From Clostridia bacterium (lineage in GTDB: Bacteria; Bacillota; Clostridia; TANB77; CAG-508), in contig JAFWYK010000004.1 of the NCBI GenBank assembly GCA_017517685.1, forward strand, positions 108,979 to 140,978: 32,000 nucleotides of DNA. Reading direction: 5' to 3'. The stretch's first letter is position 1. Each line of letters starts with the position of its first letter. The notes beneath the pieces were generated by a model. The model searched no databases and was not told the DNA's origin. It saw nothing but the letters and a program-made list of their open reading frames with translations. Shown piece by piece: positions 1 through 9,491 of the stretch. Made by a program: the position numbers and the translations under genes.

Positions 1-58
1 CAATATTTAAATCTTTTGATTCTTCAATAAATATCTTTTCAAATTCTTTTAATTCCAT
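1..58 (-). CDS. rsmG: 5' end of a CDS running off the window; probably 16S rRNA m7G methyltransferase RsmG (GidB)
   Basis: ATG at 58..56 is preceded by AAGGAA (reverse complement of 64-69). The frame stays open to the window edge and reads MELKEFEKIFIEESKDLNI. The identity rests only on the conserved mnmG-rsmG gene order; 19 aa is too short for a homology call. Confidence 0.4.
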   Translation of the reverse strand, partial: MELKEFEKIFIEESKDLNI

Positions 59-89
59 AATTATTCCTTTATATATTATAAAATAACAA

Positions 90-120
90 ATGAGGTACAT
101 TTACTATTTAAGTACCTCAT
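90..120 (-). terminator. Hairpin between mnmG and the downstream CDS; an intra-operon attenuator or terminator
   Basis: ATGAGGTAC (90-98) pairs with GTACCTCAT (112-120), a 9-bp stem. On the minus strand it is followed by TTGTTATTTTAT. Confidence 0.4.
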
Positions 121-129
121 GATGTTTTT

Positions 130-2016
130 TTATTTATTATTTTTTGTTTTTCCATATTGCTCTAAAAATATTAAAAGCACTGATATATCAGCTGGTGAAA
201 CTCCTGAAATTCTTGAAGCTTGACCAATTGAATAAGGTTTATATTTATTTAATTTTTGTCTAGCTTCTAATCTTATTCCCTTAATTGTATTGTAATCTAC
301 ATCATCAGGAAGTAATTTTTTCTCTAGTTTCTTAAATGCTTCAACTTGTTTTTCTTGCATTTTAATATAGCCTTCATATTTAACCATGATTTCTACTTCT
401 TCAATAACTTGTCTATCAAGTTTTGGTCTTTTAGGATCTAATTCTTCTAACGCTTTATATGTAATTTCTGTTCTTTTCAAAAGTTCTGAAAGCTTTAATC
501 CAACTGATGTTTCAGTTGTCCCTTGTCTTCTTAAAAACTCGTTAGTTTTTTCATTTGGTTTAACATTTGTTGTATTTAATCTTTCAATTTCTTCTTCAAT
601 TTGTTTTTTCTTATTTAAAAATCTTTCATATCTTTCATCAGAAATTAATCCAACTTCATGACCTATTTCTGTTAATCTTAAATCCGCATTATCTTGTCTT
701 AATAATAGTCTATATTCTGCTCTAGATGTCATCATTCTATATGGTTCTTGTGTACTTTTTGTTACTATATCATCAATTAATACACCAATGTAAGCATCAG
801 ATCTATCAAGGATTACAGGATTTTTTCCTTTTAATTTTTGTACTGCATTAATACCAGCAATTAAACCTTGAGATGCTGCTTCTTCATATCCTGATGTACC
901 ATTAATTTGTCCAGCAAAAAACAATCCACTTATCTCTTTTAATTCTAAAGAACTTTTTAGTTGTGATGGTTCAATAGCATCATATTCTATAGCATATGCA
1001 GGTCTTGTAAATTCACAATTTTCAAGTCCATGAAGAGTTCTATACATAGCTATTTGAACATCTTCTGGTAAAGATGAACTCATACCTTGAATATACATTT
1101 CATTAGTATCTGCTCCTACTGGTTCAACAAATATTTGATGTCTTTCTTTATCAGCAAATCTAACTACTTTATCTTCAATTGAAGGACAATATCTAGGACC
1201 TGTACCTTCAATCTCTCCAGCATATAAAGGAGATCTATGTAAGTTAGCTCTAATAATTTCATGAGTTTTCTCATTTGTATATGTTAGCCAACATGGAATT
1301 TGCTCAATTTTTGGCATTTCATCTTCAAATGAGAAAGGGACTAAATCATCTTCTCCTTCTTGAATTTCCATTTTAGAAAAATCTATACTTTTTTTATTAA
1401 TTCTAGCAGGTGTTCCAGTTTTAAATCTTTGAATTTCTATATTTAATTTCTTTAAACACTCTGATAATTTATTAGCTGCTGCAACGCCATCGGGACCACT
1501 TTCGTAAGATGCTTCACCAATAAATATTTTACCTTTTAAGTAAGTTCCTGTAGCAACAATAATAGCATCTACATTATATATAGCACCTAAATTTGTTTCT
1601 ATAGCTTTAACTTTTCCATCTTCAACTTGAATATCTACAATTTCAGCTTGTTTTACAAATAAATTCTCTTGTTTTTCAAGCGTATATTTCATTTCAGCTT
1701 GATATCTTTTTCTATCTGCTTGAGCTCTTAATGAGTGAACAGCAGGACCTTTAGAAGTGTTTAGCATTCTTAGTTGAATCATAGTTTTATCAATATTTTT
1801 TCCCATTTCTCCGCCAAGAGCATCTATCTCTCTTACAAGATGACCTTTTGATGTTCCACCTATATGTGGATTACAAGGCATGTTTGCTATACATTCTAAA
1901 CTTATAGAAAACAATAATGTTTTCATTCCTAGTCTAGCTGCTGCAAGCGCTGCTTCACAACCAGCATGCCCCGCTCCTATGACTGCTATATCATATTTTC
2001 CAGCATCGTATTTCAT
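130..2016 (-). CDS. mnmG: tRNA uridine 5-carboxymethylaminomethyl modification enzyme MnmG (GidA)
   Basis: 628-aa ORF. It has the N-terminal FAD-binding motif [15 protein letters not shown] and typical GidA blocks ([31 protein letters not shown]). RBS AAGGAGA lies upstream of the ATG at 2016. Confidence 0.97.
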   Translation of the reverse strand: MKYDAGKYDIAVIGAGHAGCEAALAAARLGMKTLLFSISLECIANMPCNPHIGGTSKGHLVREIDALGGEMGKNIDKTMIQLRMLNTSKGPAVHSLRAQADRKRYQAEMKYTLEKQENLFVKQAEIVDIQVEDGKVKAIETNLGAIYNVDAIIVATGTYLKGKIFIGEASYESGPDGVAAANKLSECLKKLNIEIQRFKTGTPARINKKSIDFSKMEIQEGEDDLVPFSFEDEMPKIEQIPCWLTYTNEKTHEIIRANLHRSPLYAGEIEGTGPRYCPSIEDKVVRFADKERHQIFVEPVGADTNEMYIQGMSSSLPEDVQIAMYRTLHGLENCEFTRPAYAIEYDAIEPSQLKSSLELKEISGLFFAGQINGTSGYEEAASQGLIAGINAVQKLKGKNPVILDRSDAYIGVLIDDIVTKSTQEPYRMMTSRAEYRLLLRQDNADLRLTEIGHEVGLISDERYERFLNKKKQIEEEIERLNTTNVKPNEKTNEFLRRQGTTETSVGLKLSELLKRTEITYKALEELDPKRPKLDRQVIEEVEIMVKYEGYIKMQEKQVEAFKKLEKKLLPDDVDYNTIKGIRLEARQKLNKYKPYSIGQASRISGVSPADISVLLIFLEQYGKTKNNK

Positions 2017-2071
2017 TTTATTCTCCTTACATTTTACAAAATGTCAATCGTGAAACAATAAACATTTGTTT

Positions 2072-3436
2072 TTATTTTCCAAGACAGAATTTTGAAAAGA
2101 TTTCTGCAATAACATCTTCTGTAACCGTCTCCCCTGTTATCTTTCCAAGTTCTTCTAATATTTCTTTTAAATGAGTTGATATCATATCAATTGGCATTTG
2201 ATCTATAATTGTTTGTCTTGCTTTATTTAAATTTTCTCTTGAATTTAAAATGATGTTCTTATGTCTAACATTTGTTACTATTGTTTCTCCATCATTTGCA
2301 ATTTCTTTTAGTTTAAATAAATTAGAAATTTCTTTATATAAAGCATCTACCCCATCTTTTGTTTTTGTTGATATCTCTACAATAGGTTTATTATACTTTT
2401 CTAATGTTTTTAAATCAACTTTTCTTTCAAGATCAATTTTATTTAATATAATAATTGCATTTTTATTTTCTAATAATTTTAAAATTTCTTTATCTTCTTC
2501 ATTTAATTCTTTGTTAATATCAAATATAGCTATTACAACATCACTTTTGTTAGCAATTTCAATTGCTTTTTTTACACCAATTCTTTCAACTTCATCACTT
2601 GCAGTTCTAATCCCAGCTGTATCTATAATTTTTAAAGGAACTCCTTCTATTGAAATATATTCTTCTATTGTATCTCTTGTAGTTCCTTCAATATCAGTAA
2701 CTATCGCTCTTTCCTCATTTAAAATCAAGTTAAGAAGCGATGATTTACCAGCATTGGGTCTACCAATTATTGCAGTTGAAATACCCTCACGCAAAATTTT
2801 GCCGTTATAGAAACTTTTTTCTAGTTGGTCAAGTAATATGTCTACTTCGTCTAAAACTTTCAAAATTTTGGCATTTGTGACTTCTTCTAAATCATATTCT
2901 GGGTAATCTATCGTTGCTTCTATATCAGCCATAACTGAAATAACTATTTTTCTAATTTTTGTAATTTTTTCAGAAAGATTTCCCTCTAATTGTTCTAAAG
3001 AAATTTTAGCTTCTTTATCAGTTTTAGCATTAATAACATCAATAACAGCTTCAGCTTGTGAAAGGTCCATTCTACCATTTAAGAATGCTCTTTTTGTAAA
3101 CTCGCCTGGTTCAGCAATTTCAGCACCATTTTTAATGCATAAATCTAATATTTTATTCATTACTACAATTCCACCATGAGAATTGATTTCACACATATTT
3201 TCAGCTGTATAGCTTTTTGGCGCTTTAAAGTATGATACTAAAACTTCATCAACTATTTCTTCACCATTTACAATATGTCCAAATTTAATAGTATAACCTT
3301 TAATTTTATCAATACTTTGTGGTTTTTTTTGTTTAAAAAACTTGTTTAATATTTCAAAACAATTTTCACCACTCATTCTAATAATTCCAATTCCTCCAAT
3401 ACCTGGAGCTGTTGAAATTGCAGCTATAGTACTCAT
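2072..3436 (-). CDS. mnmE: tRNA modification GTPase MnmE (TrmE)
   Basis: G-domain motifs GRPNAGKSS and DTAGIR, and the C-terminal CLGK characteristic of MnmE. I moved the start to the ATG at 3436 (MSTIAAISTAPG...), which has the RBS GAAAGAGGAA. The track start at 3463 is a GTG with no RBS. Confidence 0.95.
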   Translation of the reverse strand: MSTIAAISTAPGIGGIGIIRMSGENCFEILNKFFKQKKPQSIDKIKGYTIKFGHIVNGEEIVDEVLVSYFKAPKSYTAENMCEINSHGGIVVMNKILDLCIKNGAEIAEPGEFTKRAFLNGRMDLSQAEAVIDVINAKTDKEAKISLEQLEGNLSEKITKIRKIVISVMADIEATIDYPEYDLEEVTNAKILKVLDEVDILLDQLEKSFYNGKILREGISTAIIGRPNAGKSSLLNLILNEERAIVTDIEGTTRDTIEEYISIEGVPLKIIDTAGIRTASDEVERIGVKKAIEIANKSDVVIAIFDINKELNEEDKEILKLLENKNAIIILNKIDLERKVDLKTLEKYNKPIVEISTKTKDGVDALYKEISNLFKLKEIANDGETIVTNVRHKNIILNSRENLNKARQTIIDQMPIDMISTHLKEILEELGKITGETVTEDVIAEIFSKFCLGK

Positions 3437-3544
3437 ATTAATTCCTCTTTCTTTAAAAATCACGTATTATTATATCATAGTATACATAACTTTGCAATTA
3501 TTTTTTAACCAAAAATAGCTACAAATCTATAGTTTGAACTACAT

Positions 3545-3584
3545 AAAAACAAAAAAATAGTAGCCACTATAAAGTAGCTACTAT
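3545..3584 (-). terminator. Rho-independent terminator after jag
   Basis: On the minus strand, ATAGTAGC (3584-3577) pairs with GCTACTAT (3564-3557) and is followed by TTTTTTTGTTTTT. Confidence 0.6.
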
Positions 3585-3595
3585 AAAATTTATTC

Positions 3596-4303
3596 TTATT
3601 TTAAAGAAACAACGATTTTTCTATATGGTTCTTCACCAATTGAATGTGTTTTAACTTTATCGTTTTCTTGTAATTTTGTGTGAATAATTTTTCTTTCATA
3701 AGCTGTCATTGGTTCTAATACAATCTCTTTTCTTGTTTTAATAACAGTTCCAGCAATTTTTTGAGCTAAATTTTGTAAATCTTTTTCTCTTTTTTCTCTG
3801 TATTTACCAATATTAACTAATACTTTTACTTTTTCTTTTGTTGTTTTTGATGCTACATTTGTTATTATTGTTTGGATACTGTTTAAAACTTCTCCTCTAT
3901 AGCCAATTAAATAACCTGTATCTTCACCATCAATATCAACTTTTATGATGTTTCCTTCTTCTGTAACATCATATTTTAAGCCTTCACTTGGAAGTTTTGC
4001 TAAAAAATCATCTAAAAATACTTTAATATTTTTAATGCTTTCTTCTTTATCTTTACCATCTAATTTTTCAGTTTTAGCAACCTTTTTAACTTCAGGTTTC
4101 TTTTCTTCAACAACATTATCTTTTAATCTCATTTCAACTTTAACAACTCTTGGTGTTAAAATACTAAAAAAACTTCTTTTATCTTCTGATTCAAGGATTT
4201 TTATATCAACTTTAGCTTTAGAAACTTTAAGTTCATTTAAACCTTTTTCAATAGCTTCTGTTGATGTTTTTCCTTCGAATACATAAACTTTATCTTTTTC
4301 CAT
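3596..4303 (-). CDS. jag: Jag/KhpB-type RNA-binding protein (KH plus R3H domains)
   Basis: 235-aa ORF in the conserved position downstream of yidC. The C-terminus has an R3H-like segment (ERKIIHTKL...). RBS AGAGGAGGAA lies before the ATG at 4303. Confidence 0.85.
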   Translation of the reverse strand: MEKDKVYVFEGKTSTEAIEKGLNELKVSKAKVDIKILESEDKRSFFSILTPRVVKVEMRLKDNVVEEKKPEVKKVAKTEKLDGKDKEESIKNIKVFLDDFLAKLPSEGLKYDVTEEGNIIKVDIDGEDTGYLIGYRGEVLNSIQTIITNVASKTTKEKVKVLVNIGKYREKREKDLQNLAQKIAGTVIKTRKEIVLEPMTAYERKIIHTKLQENDKVKTHSIGEEPYRKIVVSLK

Positions 4304-4304
4304 T

Positions 4305-5198
4305 TTATTCCTCCTCTTTACATACTTTATCTAATATCAATCTTTCAACAATCATAAGTAAATTACTTACAAACCAATATAATGCTAATCCTAATGGTGC
4401 AATAAGTGCAATACTTACTGACATAAGTGGCATCATAATATTCATTTGTCTATTTACTTCATCCATTGTATCTAGTTCTTGATTATCATTTGTTTTAGTA
4501 ACTTGTAAGTCTTTATCTTTATCATTAGGTTTAACTTCTTTTGTTTTTACAGGCTCACTCTTTTCTTCATTTTCTGCTTTTCTTTTATTATTCATAGCTG
4601 TTGTAAGCTTTGTAGATACAATTGAAGTTATAACATATAATCCTGGTATAATATAAACTTTCCAATCTGTATAATTTTGAGTTGGAACATCACTTAAATC
4701 TAAACCTAAGAAATCCATGTTAATCTTAACTTTTTCATCTTTATCCCCCATTAATTTAATAATTCCAATTTCTGGGTATCTTGATGCATTTGGATCTTGT
4801 TCTTGTACTTGTTTAGTATAAGTTTCAATTAGAGTTGGATCAACATTTCTCATGAATGTTAATGGTCTACTAACTAAGAAAAATACTGATAAAATTAAAA
4901 TCATTTGAACGATTGAACCTAAACAACCGCTAAAAGGACTCATATTTTCTTTCTTATATAGATCCATTGTTTCTTGTCCAAGTCTTACTTGATCATTACC
5001 ATATTTTTCTTGTAATTCTCTTAATTTAACTTGAACTTTAGCTGTTTTCTTCATTGTTTTTTGTTGTTTAACTGAAATTGGTAGCATGATAAGTTTTACA
5101 AGTATAGTAAAGATAATGATTGCATAACCATAGTTCCCTACCATATTGTATAGAAAGTTTAGCAAATAACCAAAAGCACTTGCAAAAAAATCTAACAT
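4305..5198 (-). CDS. yidC: Membrane protein insertase YidC/Oxa1 family
   Basis: 297-aa ORF with several hydrophobic segments and a YidC-like core (QQKTMKK...QEKYG, LPLMSVSIALIAPLGLALYW). It keeps the conserved rnpA-yidD-yidC-jag order. RBS AGGAGGATAAG. Confidence 0.9.
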   Translation of the reverse strand: MLDFFASAFGYLLNFLYNMVGNYGYAIIIFTILVKLIMLPISVKQQKTMKKTAKVQVKLRELQEKYGNDQVRLGQETMDLYKKENMSPFSGCLGSIVQMILILSVFFLVSRPLTFMRNVDPTLIETYTKQVQEQDPNASRYPEIGIIKLMGDKDEKVKINMDFLGLDLSDVPTQNYTDWKVYIIPGLYVITSIVSTKLTTAMNNKRKAENEEKSEPVKTKEVKPNDKDKDLQVTKTNDNQELDTMDEVNRQMNIMMPLMSVSIALIAPLGLALYWFVSNLLMIVERLILDKVCKEEE

Positions 5199-5207
5199 CT
5201 TATCCTC

Positions 5208-5420
5208 CTATTTTAAAGGGTCATATCCACCTTTAGAAAATGGATTACACCTTAATATCCTTAAAAAACCTTTAAATATTCCTTTTAAAACTCCATACTT
5301 CTCTATTGCTTGTTTTGTATATTCAGAACATGTTGGATAATATTTACATCTATGTCCTAAACATGGTGAAATTCTTTTCTGATAAAACTCAATTAATCTA
5401 ATACATAACTTTTTTATCAT
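5208..5420 (-). CDS. yidD: Membrane protein insertion efficiency factor YidD
   Basis: YidD signature (ISP.LG..C.Y.PTCS.Y...A....G). I moved the start to the ATG at 5420, which has the RBS GGTGGA and sits 1 nt past the rnpA stop. The first 6 codons in the track overlap rnpA. Confidence 0.85.
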   Translation of the reverse strand: MIKKLCIRLIEFYQKRISPCLGHRCKYYPTCSEYTKQAIEKYGVLKGIFKGFLRILRCNPFSKGGYDPLK

Positions 5421-5421
5421 A

Positions 5422-5766
5422 CTAATCCACCAAAACATTCGCTTTTTTCAATGTGCGTAAGAAATTTTCTTCTATTTGTTTAAAAGAAATATCTTTTATA
5501 TCTTTGTTTTTATTTATAATAACTAAAATATTTGTACCAGTTTTTATACTACTTTCAAAATTCTTATAATTCTCTCTAATCAATCGTTTTATATGATTTC
5601 TTTTAACAGCTTTCCCCTGTTTTTTTGAAACCGCAATTCCAAACTTATTAAAGTTTTGACTTGATTGTTTTATATACATATGTATATATTCACCATGATA
5701 AAATTTTCCTTTAGAAAATAGTATTTTAAACTCATAATTTTTCTTAATCATTATTGTTTTTTTCAT
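5422..5766 (-). CDS. rnpA: Ribonuclease P protein component
   Basis: 114-aa basic protein with an RnpA-like motif ([23 protein letters not shown]). It lies directly downstream of rpmH. RBS AAAGGAGAT. Confidence 0.9.
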   Translation of the reverse strand: MKKTIMIKKNYEFKILFSKGKFYHGEYIHMYIKQSSQNFNKFGIAVSKKQGKAVKRNHIKRLIRENYKNFESSIKTGTNILVIINKNKDIKDISFKQIEENFLRTLKKANVLVD

Positions 5767-5850
5767 AAATACTTATCTCCTTTTTATTATTTTGTGCTAA
5801 AAAGAGAGATTTTCATTCATTTTCTTTAAAAAACTAATCACTTTTGTATA

Positions 5851-5877
5851 AAAAAAGGGCGCTATATTGCCCCTCTT
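5851..5877 (-). terminator. Weak hairpin plus T-run between rpmH and rnpA (attenuator)
   Basis: The minus strand reads GAGGGGCAATATAGCGCCCTTTTTTT. The GGGC/GCCC core stem is short, so this is only a partial terminator at best. Confidence 0.35.
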
Positions 5878-5880
5878 TTA

Positions 5881-6015
5881 TTAAGCACAAATGCTTTTTC
5901 TTCCTTTATTTCTTCTTGCTTTTAAAACTTTTCTTCCAGCTCTTGTTTGCATTCTTTTTCTGAATCCATGAACTTTATTTCTTTGTCTCTTTTTTGGTTG
6001 GTATGTTCTTTTCAT
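5881..6015 (-). CDS. rpmH: 50S ribosomal protein L34
   Basis: Not in the ORF track because it is under 60 aa. My translation is [44 protein letters not shown], the canonical L34 sequence. RBS AGGAGGTG lies upstream. Confidence 0.95.
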   Translation of the reverse strand: MKRTYQPKKRQRNKVHGFRKRMQTRAGRKVLKARRNKGRKSICA

Positions 6016-6107
6016 TTTGCTTTGCACCTCCTAATTTTTATATATATTTTTTATTTTTAAACAAATTTATATTGTAATAAATTTCAATTTATCCACAAGT
6101 AACTCAC

Positions 6108-6137
6108 ATTATACAATAAATAATCGTAAAAAGTCAA
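6108..6137 (-). promoter_or_regulatory. Putative SigA-type promoter of rpmH
   Basis: The minus strand reads TTGACT (6137-6132), an 18-nt spacer, then TATAAT (6113-6108). A perfect DnaA box (6089-6097) lies just downstream. Confidence 0.5.
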
Positions 6138-6237
6138 GCTTTTAACAAAATTTATCAGTATTTTCTTCTTATATTAAATTTATTATATAGATTTTATTTA
6201 ATAGAAAAAATTTTTAATTTTTAATTCATTTTTATGC

Positions 6238-6266
6238 TTGATATTTAAAAAATTTTTTGATATTAT
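6238..6266 (+). promoter_or_regulatory. Putative dnaA promoter
   Basis: TTGATA (6238-6243), a 17-nt spacer, then TATTAT (6261-6266) with a TGn extended -10 (6258-6260). DnaA boxes lie downstream, consistent with autoregulation. Confidence 0.45.
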
Positions 6267-6411
6267 ATGAACACAATGGATAAAAAGACAAAAAAATAGT
6301 TTTCCACAGAATGTTGATATCCGTAACAGTTTACATATCAAGCTTTACAAAATTCTATGTGGAAAAACTTGTGGATAAAAAATACTATAGAAAGGACGGT
6401 TTTCTCATAAG

Positions 6412-7758
6412 ATGTATTCTGATAAGAACGACTTACTTACAAAAGCAAAAGATCTTTTAAAAGATGAAATGACAACGATTTCATATACAACTTGGATCAA
6501 AAGTTTAGAAATCGAATCTATAAATGATAATAAAATCGTTTTAGTTGCTCTTTCAAAAATGCAAAAAGATGCAATAGAATCAAGATTATTTGAACTTGTA
6601 TCTAATACATTTAACTTTATCACAAATAAAACTTGTGAAATTAAGATCATAGAAAAAACAGAAGATAACCTAAGTCAACCAGTAGTTGAAGAAAAAACTG
6701 ACTTTGCAAATACAGAGAACTATAGTAATAGTTTTTTAAATCCAAAATACACATTTGATAACTTTGTTATTGGAAATAACAATAAATTTGCTCAAGCAGC
6801 AGCATGCGCAGTAGCTGATTCACCAGCAACAGCTTATAATCCACTTTTTATATATGGTGGTGTAGGACTTGGAAAAACACACTTAATGCATGCAATAGGT
6901 AATAAAATTATTCAAAACAATCCAAATACAAAGATTTTATATGTAACATCTGAACAATTTATGAATGAATTAATTAACTCAATTAAAGATGTTAATTATA
7001 AAAACGAATTATTCAGAAACAAATACAGAAACATAGACGTATTATTAATAGATGATATTCAATTTATAGCAGGGAAGAGAATGGGGCAAGAAGAATTCTT
7101 CCATACATTTAATACTCTTCACCAAAATGGAAAACAAATTATAATCTCTAGTGATAAACCACCAAGAGATATTCCATTATTAGAAGAACGTTTAAAATCA
7201 AGATTTGAATGGGGAATACTAGCAGATATTTCAATGCCAGATTACGAAACACGTCTTGCTATATTAAGAAAGAAAGTTCAAACAGATAAGATTATTATTG
7301 ATGATTACATATTATCTGTTATAGCTACAAAAATAGACTCAAATATTCGTGAATTAGAAGGGGCCCTAAATAAAATAGTGGCTTATGCAGCTTTAACACA
7401 TAGTCAAATAACAATTGAGATAGCTGAAAAAGCAATTAATGATATAGTTCTTCAAAAGGAAAAAGTGATTTCTGCAGACTATATACAAGAAGTTGTATCA
7501 AAATACTTCAATATAGATAAGAAAGATTTAATATCTTCAAAAAGATCAAACGACATTGCATATCCAAGACAAATTGCTATGTATTTATGTAGAACAGTTG
7601 GACAAATGTCATTACCAAAAATCGGTGCTGATTTTGGTAACAGAGATCACACTACAGTTATGCATGCCGTAACAAAAATCGAAAAAGAACTAAAAGAAAA
7701 AACTAATACAAGATTAATTGTGGAAAGTGTTAAAAACATAATCCAAGATGCAAATTAA
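6412..7758 (+). CDS. dnaA: Chromosomal replication initiator protein DnaA
   Basis: 448 aa. It has Walker A GGVGLGKTHL, Walker B LLIDDIQF, sensor motifs and the domain IV DNA-binding helix (YPRQIAMYLCR...DHTTVMHA). Confidence 0.98.
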   Translation: MYSDKNDLLTKAKDLLKDEMTTISYTTWIKSLEIESINDNKIVLVALSKMQKDAIESRLFELVSNTFNFITNKTCEIKIIEKTEDNLSQPVVEEKTDFANTENYSNSFLNPKYTFDNFVIGNNNKFAQAAACAVADSPATAYNPLFIYGGVGLGKTHLMHAIGNKIIQNNPNTKILYVTSEQFMNELINSIKDVNYKNELFRNKYRNIDVLLIDDIQFIAGKRMGQEEFFHTFNTLHQNGKQIIISSDKPPRDIPLLEERLKSRFEWGILADISMPDYETRLAILRKKVQTDKIIIDDYILSVIATKIDSNIRELEGALNKIVAYAALTHSQITIEIAEKAINDIVLQKEKVISADYIQEVVSKYFNIDKKDLISSKRSNDIAYPRQIAMYLCRTVGQMSLPKIGADFGNRDHTTVMHAVTKIEKELKEKTNTRLIVESVKNIIQDAN

Positions 7759-7860
7759 TTTAAATATAAAGGAAATTTGGTTATAAACAAAAACATTGTT
7801 TACCAAACATATTTTTTTACTAAAGACGAGCTATTAACTCTTACGGAAAAGCGACAAAGG

Positions 7861-8065
7861 TTATCCACACGATAATGTGAAAAACCTGTACAAAAGTTGT
7901 TAATAACTAGTAATTCACAAATGATATTGAATAGTGTGGAAAAAAAGCCTTGTTATACACAGAGTTTTACACATGGTTTTTGTTAGGGAAATAGAGACTT
8001 TGAGAAGTTTTCCACCGAATCCACAACACCTAATACTAATACTACTATTTATATTAATAATTTAA
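7861..8065. promoter_or_regulatory. oriC part II: DnaA boxes, candidate DnaA-trio repeat and AT-rich unwinding element
   Basis: Boxes seen: TTATCCACA 7861-7869 (perfect), TGTGGAAAA 7935-7943, TTATACACA 7953-7961, then tandem TTTTCCACC 8008-8016 and GAATCCACA 8017-8025. A spacer ACACC follows, then TAA TAC TAA TAC TAC TAT (8031-8048). An all-A/T run continues up to the dnaN RBS. Confidence 0.7.
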
Positions 8066-8076
8066 AGGAGAAAGAA

Positions 8077-9192
8077 ATGAAAGTTATTTGTGAAAAAGAA
8101 AAAATCCTTAAAGGTATTTCTTCAGTTATAAATGGTGTTGCTTCTAAAACAACAATGCCTGTATTAGAAGGAATATTAATTCAAACTAATGATAATGAAT
8201 TAAAATTAACATCTTATGACTTAGAAATAGGAATAGAATATATATTAGAAGCACAAATAGAAGAACAAGGTAATACAGTAGTAAATGCAACTATGTTTAG
8301 TGAGATTATTAAAAGATTACCTTCTACAGAGATTAAATTATCTATAAATGAAAACAATTTATTAGAAATAGAATGTGAAGGATCATTATATAAGTTAGCA
8401 ACAATGAATCCTGATGAATTTCCTGAGTTACCTAAAATAAATGTAGATAACTCTATAGAAGTAGAACAAACAACACTTAAAAATATGATAAGAAAAACAA
8501 TATTTGCTGTAAGTACAGAAGAAAATAGACCTATATTTACAGGATGTTTATTTGAAGTAAATGAAAATAAATTAAATGTTGTTGCTGTTGATGGTTATAG
8601 ATTAGCTATTAAAAATAAGAACTTAGTAGAAATGCCAAATTCATTTAGTAGCGTAATTCCAGGAAAAACATTAAATGAAGTAAATAAAATAATATCTGAT
8701 TCTTTTGACACTGTTAAAATAGGTATATCAAGAAATCAAGCATTATTTGAAATGGAAAACTGTAAAATTGTAACAAGATTATTAGATGGAGAATTCTTAA
8801 AATACTCAAATACAATTCCACAAAATTGGGAGACAAGAGTAAAAGTTAATAAAAACAATATTCAAAATTGTTTTGAAAGAATTTTATTAATTTCATCATC
8901 TTCTATAGAAAAAGAGAAAAAATATCCAGTTAAGATTAATATAGAAGTAGGAAAAGTAACAATTTCTTGCGCAAACCAAACTGGAGATGCTAAAGAAGAG
9001 ATATTTGTTGAAACAGAAGGTAAAGAATTAGAAATTGGTTTCAATCCAAGATTCTTCTTAGATGCACTAAAAGCTATTGATGATGAAGAAGTATACATTG
9101 AATTTGGTACAAACAGATCTCCATGTATAATTAAACCAGTTGAAGATGGTGATTATCTATATATGATATTACCAATTAAAATGAAAGAATAG
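8077..9192 (+). CDS. dnaN: DNA polymerase III beta sliding clamp
   Basis: 371 aa with typical DnaN blocks (PVLEGILI, RPIFTGCLFE, AVDGYRLA, MILPIKM). RBS AAAGGAGAAAG. It keeps the conserved position after dnaA. Confidence 0.97.
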   Translation: MKVICEKEKILKGISSVINGVASKTTMPVLEGILIQTNDNELKLTSYDLEIGIEYILEAQIEEQGNTVVNATMFSEIIKRLPSTEIKLSINENNLLEIECEGSLYKLATMNPDEFPELPKINVDNSIEVEQTTLKNMIRKTIFAVSTEENRPIFTGCLFEVNENKLNVVAVDGYRLAIKNKNLVEMPNSFSSVIPGKTLNEVNKIISDSFDTVKIGISRNQALFEMENCKIVTRLLDGEFLKYSNTIPQNWETRVKVNKNNIQNCFERILLISSSSIEKEKKYPVKINIEVGKVTISCANQTGDAKEEIFVETEGKELEIGFNPRFFLDALKAIDDEEVYIEFGTNRSPCIIKPVEDGDYLYMILPIKMKE

Positions 9193-9225
9193 TTTTCCAC
9201 ATTTTGGTAACTAAAAGTGGAAAAC
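9192..9225. repeat. Palindromic DnaA-box-pair element, copy 1 (GTTTTCCAC-N16-GTGGAAAAC)
   Basis: Perfect 9-bp inverted arms at 9192-9200 and 9217-9225 with a 16-nt spacer. It starts on the last base of the dnaN stop codon. No T-tract follows. Confidence 0.7.
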
Positions 9226-9259
9226 CCCTAAATAAAATTAACCTTATTAGGAGGATACA

Positions 9260-9469
9260 ATGGATAAATTAAAAGAGATTTATGAAAAAGCAAGTGATAT
9301 CTTTTTTGCATTCACTAGCAAATTTGATGGTATATCAGAAAAAATATACGAAAAAACAAATGTAAGAATAAATATTGGTCTTATATTAGGATCTATCATA
9401 TTAATAGCATTCGTATTTTTAATAGTTAAATTAGTATTAGGATACGTTTGGAGCTTCTTATGGGCATAA
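9260..9469 (+). CDS. Small hypothetical membrane protein (one predicted TM helix)
   Basis: 69-aa ORF with strong RBS AGGAGGA 6 nt before the ATG. The C-terminal hydrophobic stretch is INIGLILGSIILIAFVFLIVKLVLGYVW. I recognise no family. Confidence 0.6.
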   Translation: MDKLKEIYEKASDIFFAFTSKFDGISEKIYEKTNVRINIGLILGSIILIAFVFLIVKLVLGYVWSFLWA

Positions 9470-9491
9470 TATTCTTTAATAGGTAAGATAT

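Larger units (their letters stand above)
6089..6378. promoter_or_regulatory. oriC part I / dnaA upstream DnaA-box cluster
   Basis: DnaA boxes seen: TTATCCACA at 6089-6097 (perfect), TTTTCCACA at 6300-6308, TGTGGAAAA at 6358-6366 and TGTGGATAA at 6370-6378 (perfect, inverted). A weaker AATGGATAA is at 6275-6283. All lie in the AT-rich rpmH-dnaA spacer. Confidence 0.75.

Noticed and set aside
386-661. The track lists antisense or alternative-frame ORFs inside well-supported genes. Examples are 386-661, 2250-2810, 3945-4286, 4261-4482, 6405-6650, 8862-9098, 9919-10131, 11064-11303, 14596-14778, 16508-16717, 16903-17085, 17302-17487, 18136-18384, 23149-23547, 23712-23912, 25110-25364, 26324-26539, 26918-27130, 27269-27505 and 27502-27747.
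   Set aside because: Each lies wholly or largely within a longer ORF that has clear homology or much better coding character. Their translations are low-complexity (S/F/L/I-rich), as expected from reading AT-rich genes in the wrong frame or strand. None has a convincing RBS.
9192-9225. The inverted repeat after dnaN as a simple rho-independent terminator.
   Set aside because: The loop is 16 nt and no T-tract follows. A 29/34-identical copy sits inside the recF coding region, where a terminator makes no sense. The arms are DnaA-box variants, so I reported it as a repeat or regulatory element.
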